DNA from: Candidatus Micrarchaeota archaeon
Lineage (GTDB): Archaea > Micrarchaeota > Micrarchaeia > Anstonellales > Bilamarchaeaceae
Direction: 5' to 3'
Length of the DNA stretch: 64,000 nucleotides
Assembly (NCBI GenBank): GCA_041694885.1
Contig: JBGFRX010000028.1
Coordinates: 3,001-67,000, forward strand
Shown: piece by piece, positions 63,248-64,000 of the stretch
Position numbering within the stretch: the stretch's first letter is position 1
Layout: every line of letters begins with the position of its first letter
Made by a program: the position numbers and the translations under genes
Notes under the pieces: model-generated
Database searches by the model: none
What the model was told of the DNA's origin: nothing
The model's input: the letters and a program-made list of their open reading frames with translations, nothing else

Positions 63248-64000
63248 ATGCGAACTGGGGCATTGCTGGCTTTCACTGTTTTGATGCTTATTCTCATGCA
63301 GGGGTGCGTTGTTGAAAAGGACGTGAGCGCGCCGGAGAACGAGAAGGTGCTTTCCATGGCCGCCGAGGACCTTGATCTGGACAATTACACCGACTTCAAG
63401 GCATACGTGTTCAGGGCGATAGTGATAGATGCGGAGAACAGCATAATGATGCAGAAGAGCGTAAGCGCAGCGCAGAGCAGTACGGACCTCAAAGTGAAAA
63501 ACACAAGAGAGCTAAGTGATGCGGGCGTATCGCGGTTCGAAACGCTGATTTTCCAGTTCGACATCGACAGGAAGGACAAGGAAGCAGTGTGCGCGGAGGC
63601 ACTCGGGCTCGGAGGAATAAGCCAGGGCTATTGCGAAAGCCCTGAGATGTGCGCAAGGCTGTGCACCACTGCGCAGTGCCAGCAGTACGGGTACGTGAAC
63701 GACCTTCTCGGCTACTGGATGCACGATTTTTCCCAGAAGCGCAAGGCGATTAGCGATGATGTGAATTACGTGCGCACGGCGCTGATAGCGATAAAGGGCG
63801 CGAGCCCGCAGGAGAAGGAGTTGGTGATGGGAAAGCTCAGCTCGATAATGGATCGTACGCTCGAGATAAATACGAACCCGCTGCTGAACGAGAACATGTT
63901 CGGGATATGCAGATATGTGGAGTACGACAATTCGCTCATAAGGGAGATGCTCTCGCTGCTGGGCGAATACGAGCGCACCCCCCGGAATTACACTTACTCA
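63248..64000 (+). CDS. hypothetical secreted or lipoprotein-like protein; the ORF continues past the window end
   Basis: MRTGALLAFTVLMLILMQGC signal peptide with a lipobox-like Cys. Cys-rich. No stop before the window end. Confidence 0.4.
   Translation, partial: MRTGALLAFTVLMLILMQGCVVEKDVSAPENEKVLSMAAEDLDLDNYTDFKAYVFRAIVIDAENSIMMQKSVSAAQSSTDLKVKNTRELSDAGVSRFETLIFQFDIDRKDKEAVCAEALGLGGISQGYCESPEMCARLCTTAQCQQYGYVNDLLGYWMHDFSQKRKAISDDVNYVRTALIAIKGASPQEKELVMGKLSSIMDRTLEINTNPLLNENMFGICRYVEYDNSLIREMLSLLGEYERTPRNYTYS

Noticed and set aside
1-64000. CRISPR arrays and rRNA genes
   Set aside because: There are no regularly spaced direct repeats of 25-40 bp and no rRNA-like conserved stretches anywhere in the window. 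The only repeats are the two two-copy families and the tRNA-fragment repeats.

Overview
This is an archaeal chromosomal segment of about 50% GC. The gene set is consistent with a small-genome, DPANN-like archaeon, but I cannot confirm lineage without a search. Evidence for that reading includes an S-layer-type glycoprotein, family-B DNA polymerase, gyrase A, fibrillarin, archaeal CCA-adding enzyme, PheS, PyrBI, HMG-CoA synthase and reductase, form III RuBisCO, GMP synthase subunit B and RtcA. I support about 60 CDS, most of them housekeeping. There are four tRNA genes found by hand folding. tRNA-Lys(TTT) has no intron. tRNA-Cys(GCA) carries a 91-nt intron at 37/38 and ends 2 nt before the fibrillarin start. 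tRNA-Ala(TGC) carries an intron of about 80 nt. tRNA-Val(GAC) appears to carry an intron of about 43 nt inside the T-loop. Accessory signals are listed below. (1) 15.2-18.7 kb looks like the remnant of an integrative element next to tRNA-Ala, with a duplicated tRNA 3' end, a frameshifted rve transposase fragment and a compositionally mosaic AT-rich ORF. (2) Two families of near-identical intergenic repeats of about 100 bp occur at 7.9 and 35.5 kb, and at 26.0 and 28.7 kb. The second pair brackets a cassette holding a HEAT-repeat protein and an HD-GYP domain protein. (3) A candidate structured RNA with mutually exclusive helices lies upstream of gyrA. (4) Several unusual architectures appear, namely a triple-HTH protein next to polB, an AlkD-like domain fused to ADP-forming acetyl-CoA synthetase alpha, a ProA-ProC fusion, and a KaiC-like ATPase with a V4R partner. 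I found no rRNA and no CRISPR array.
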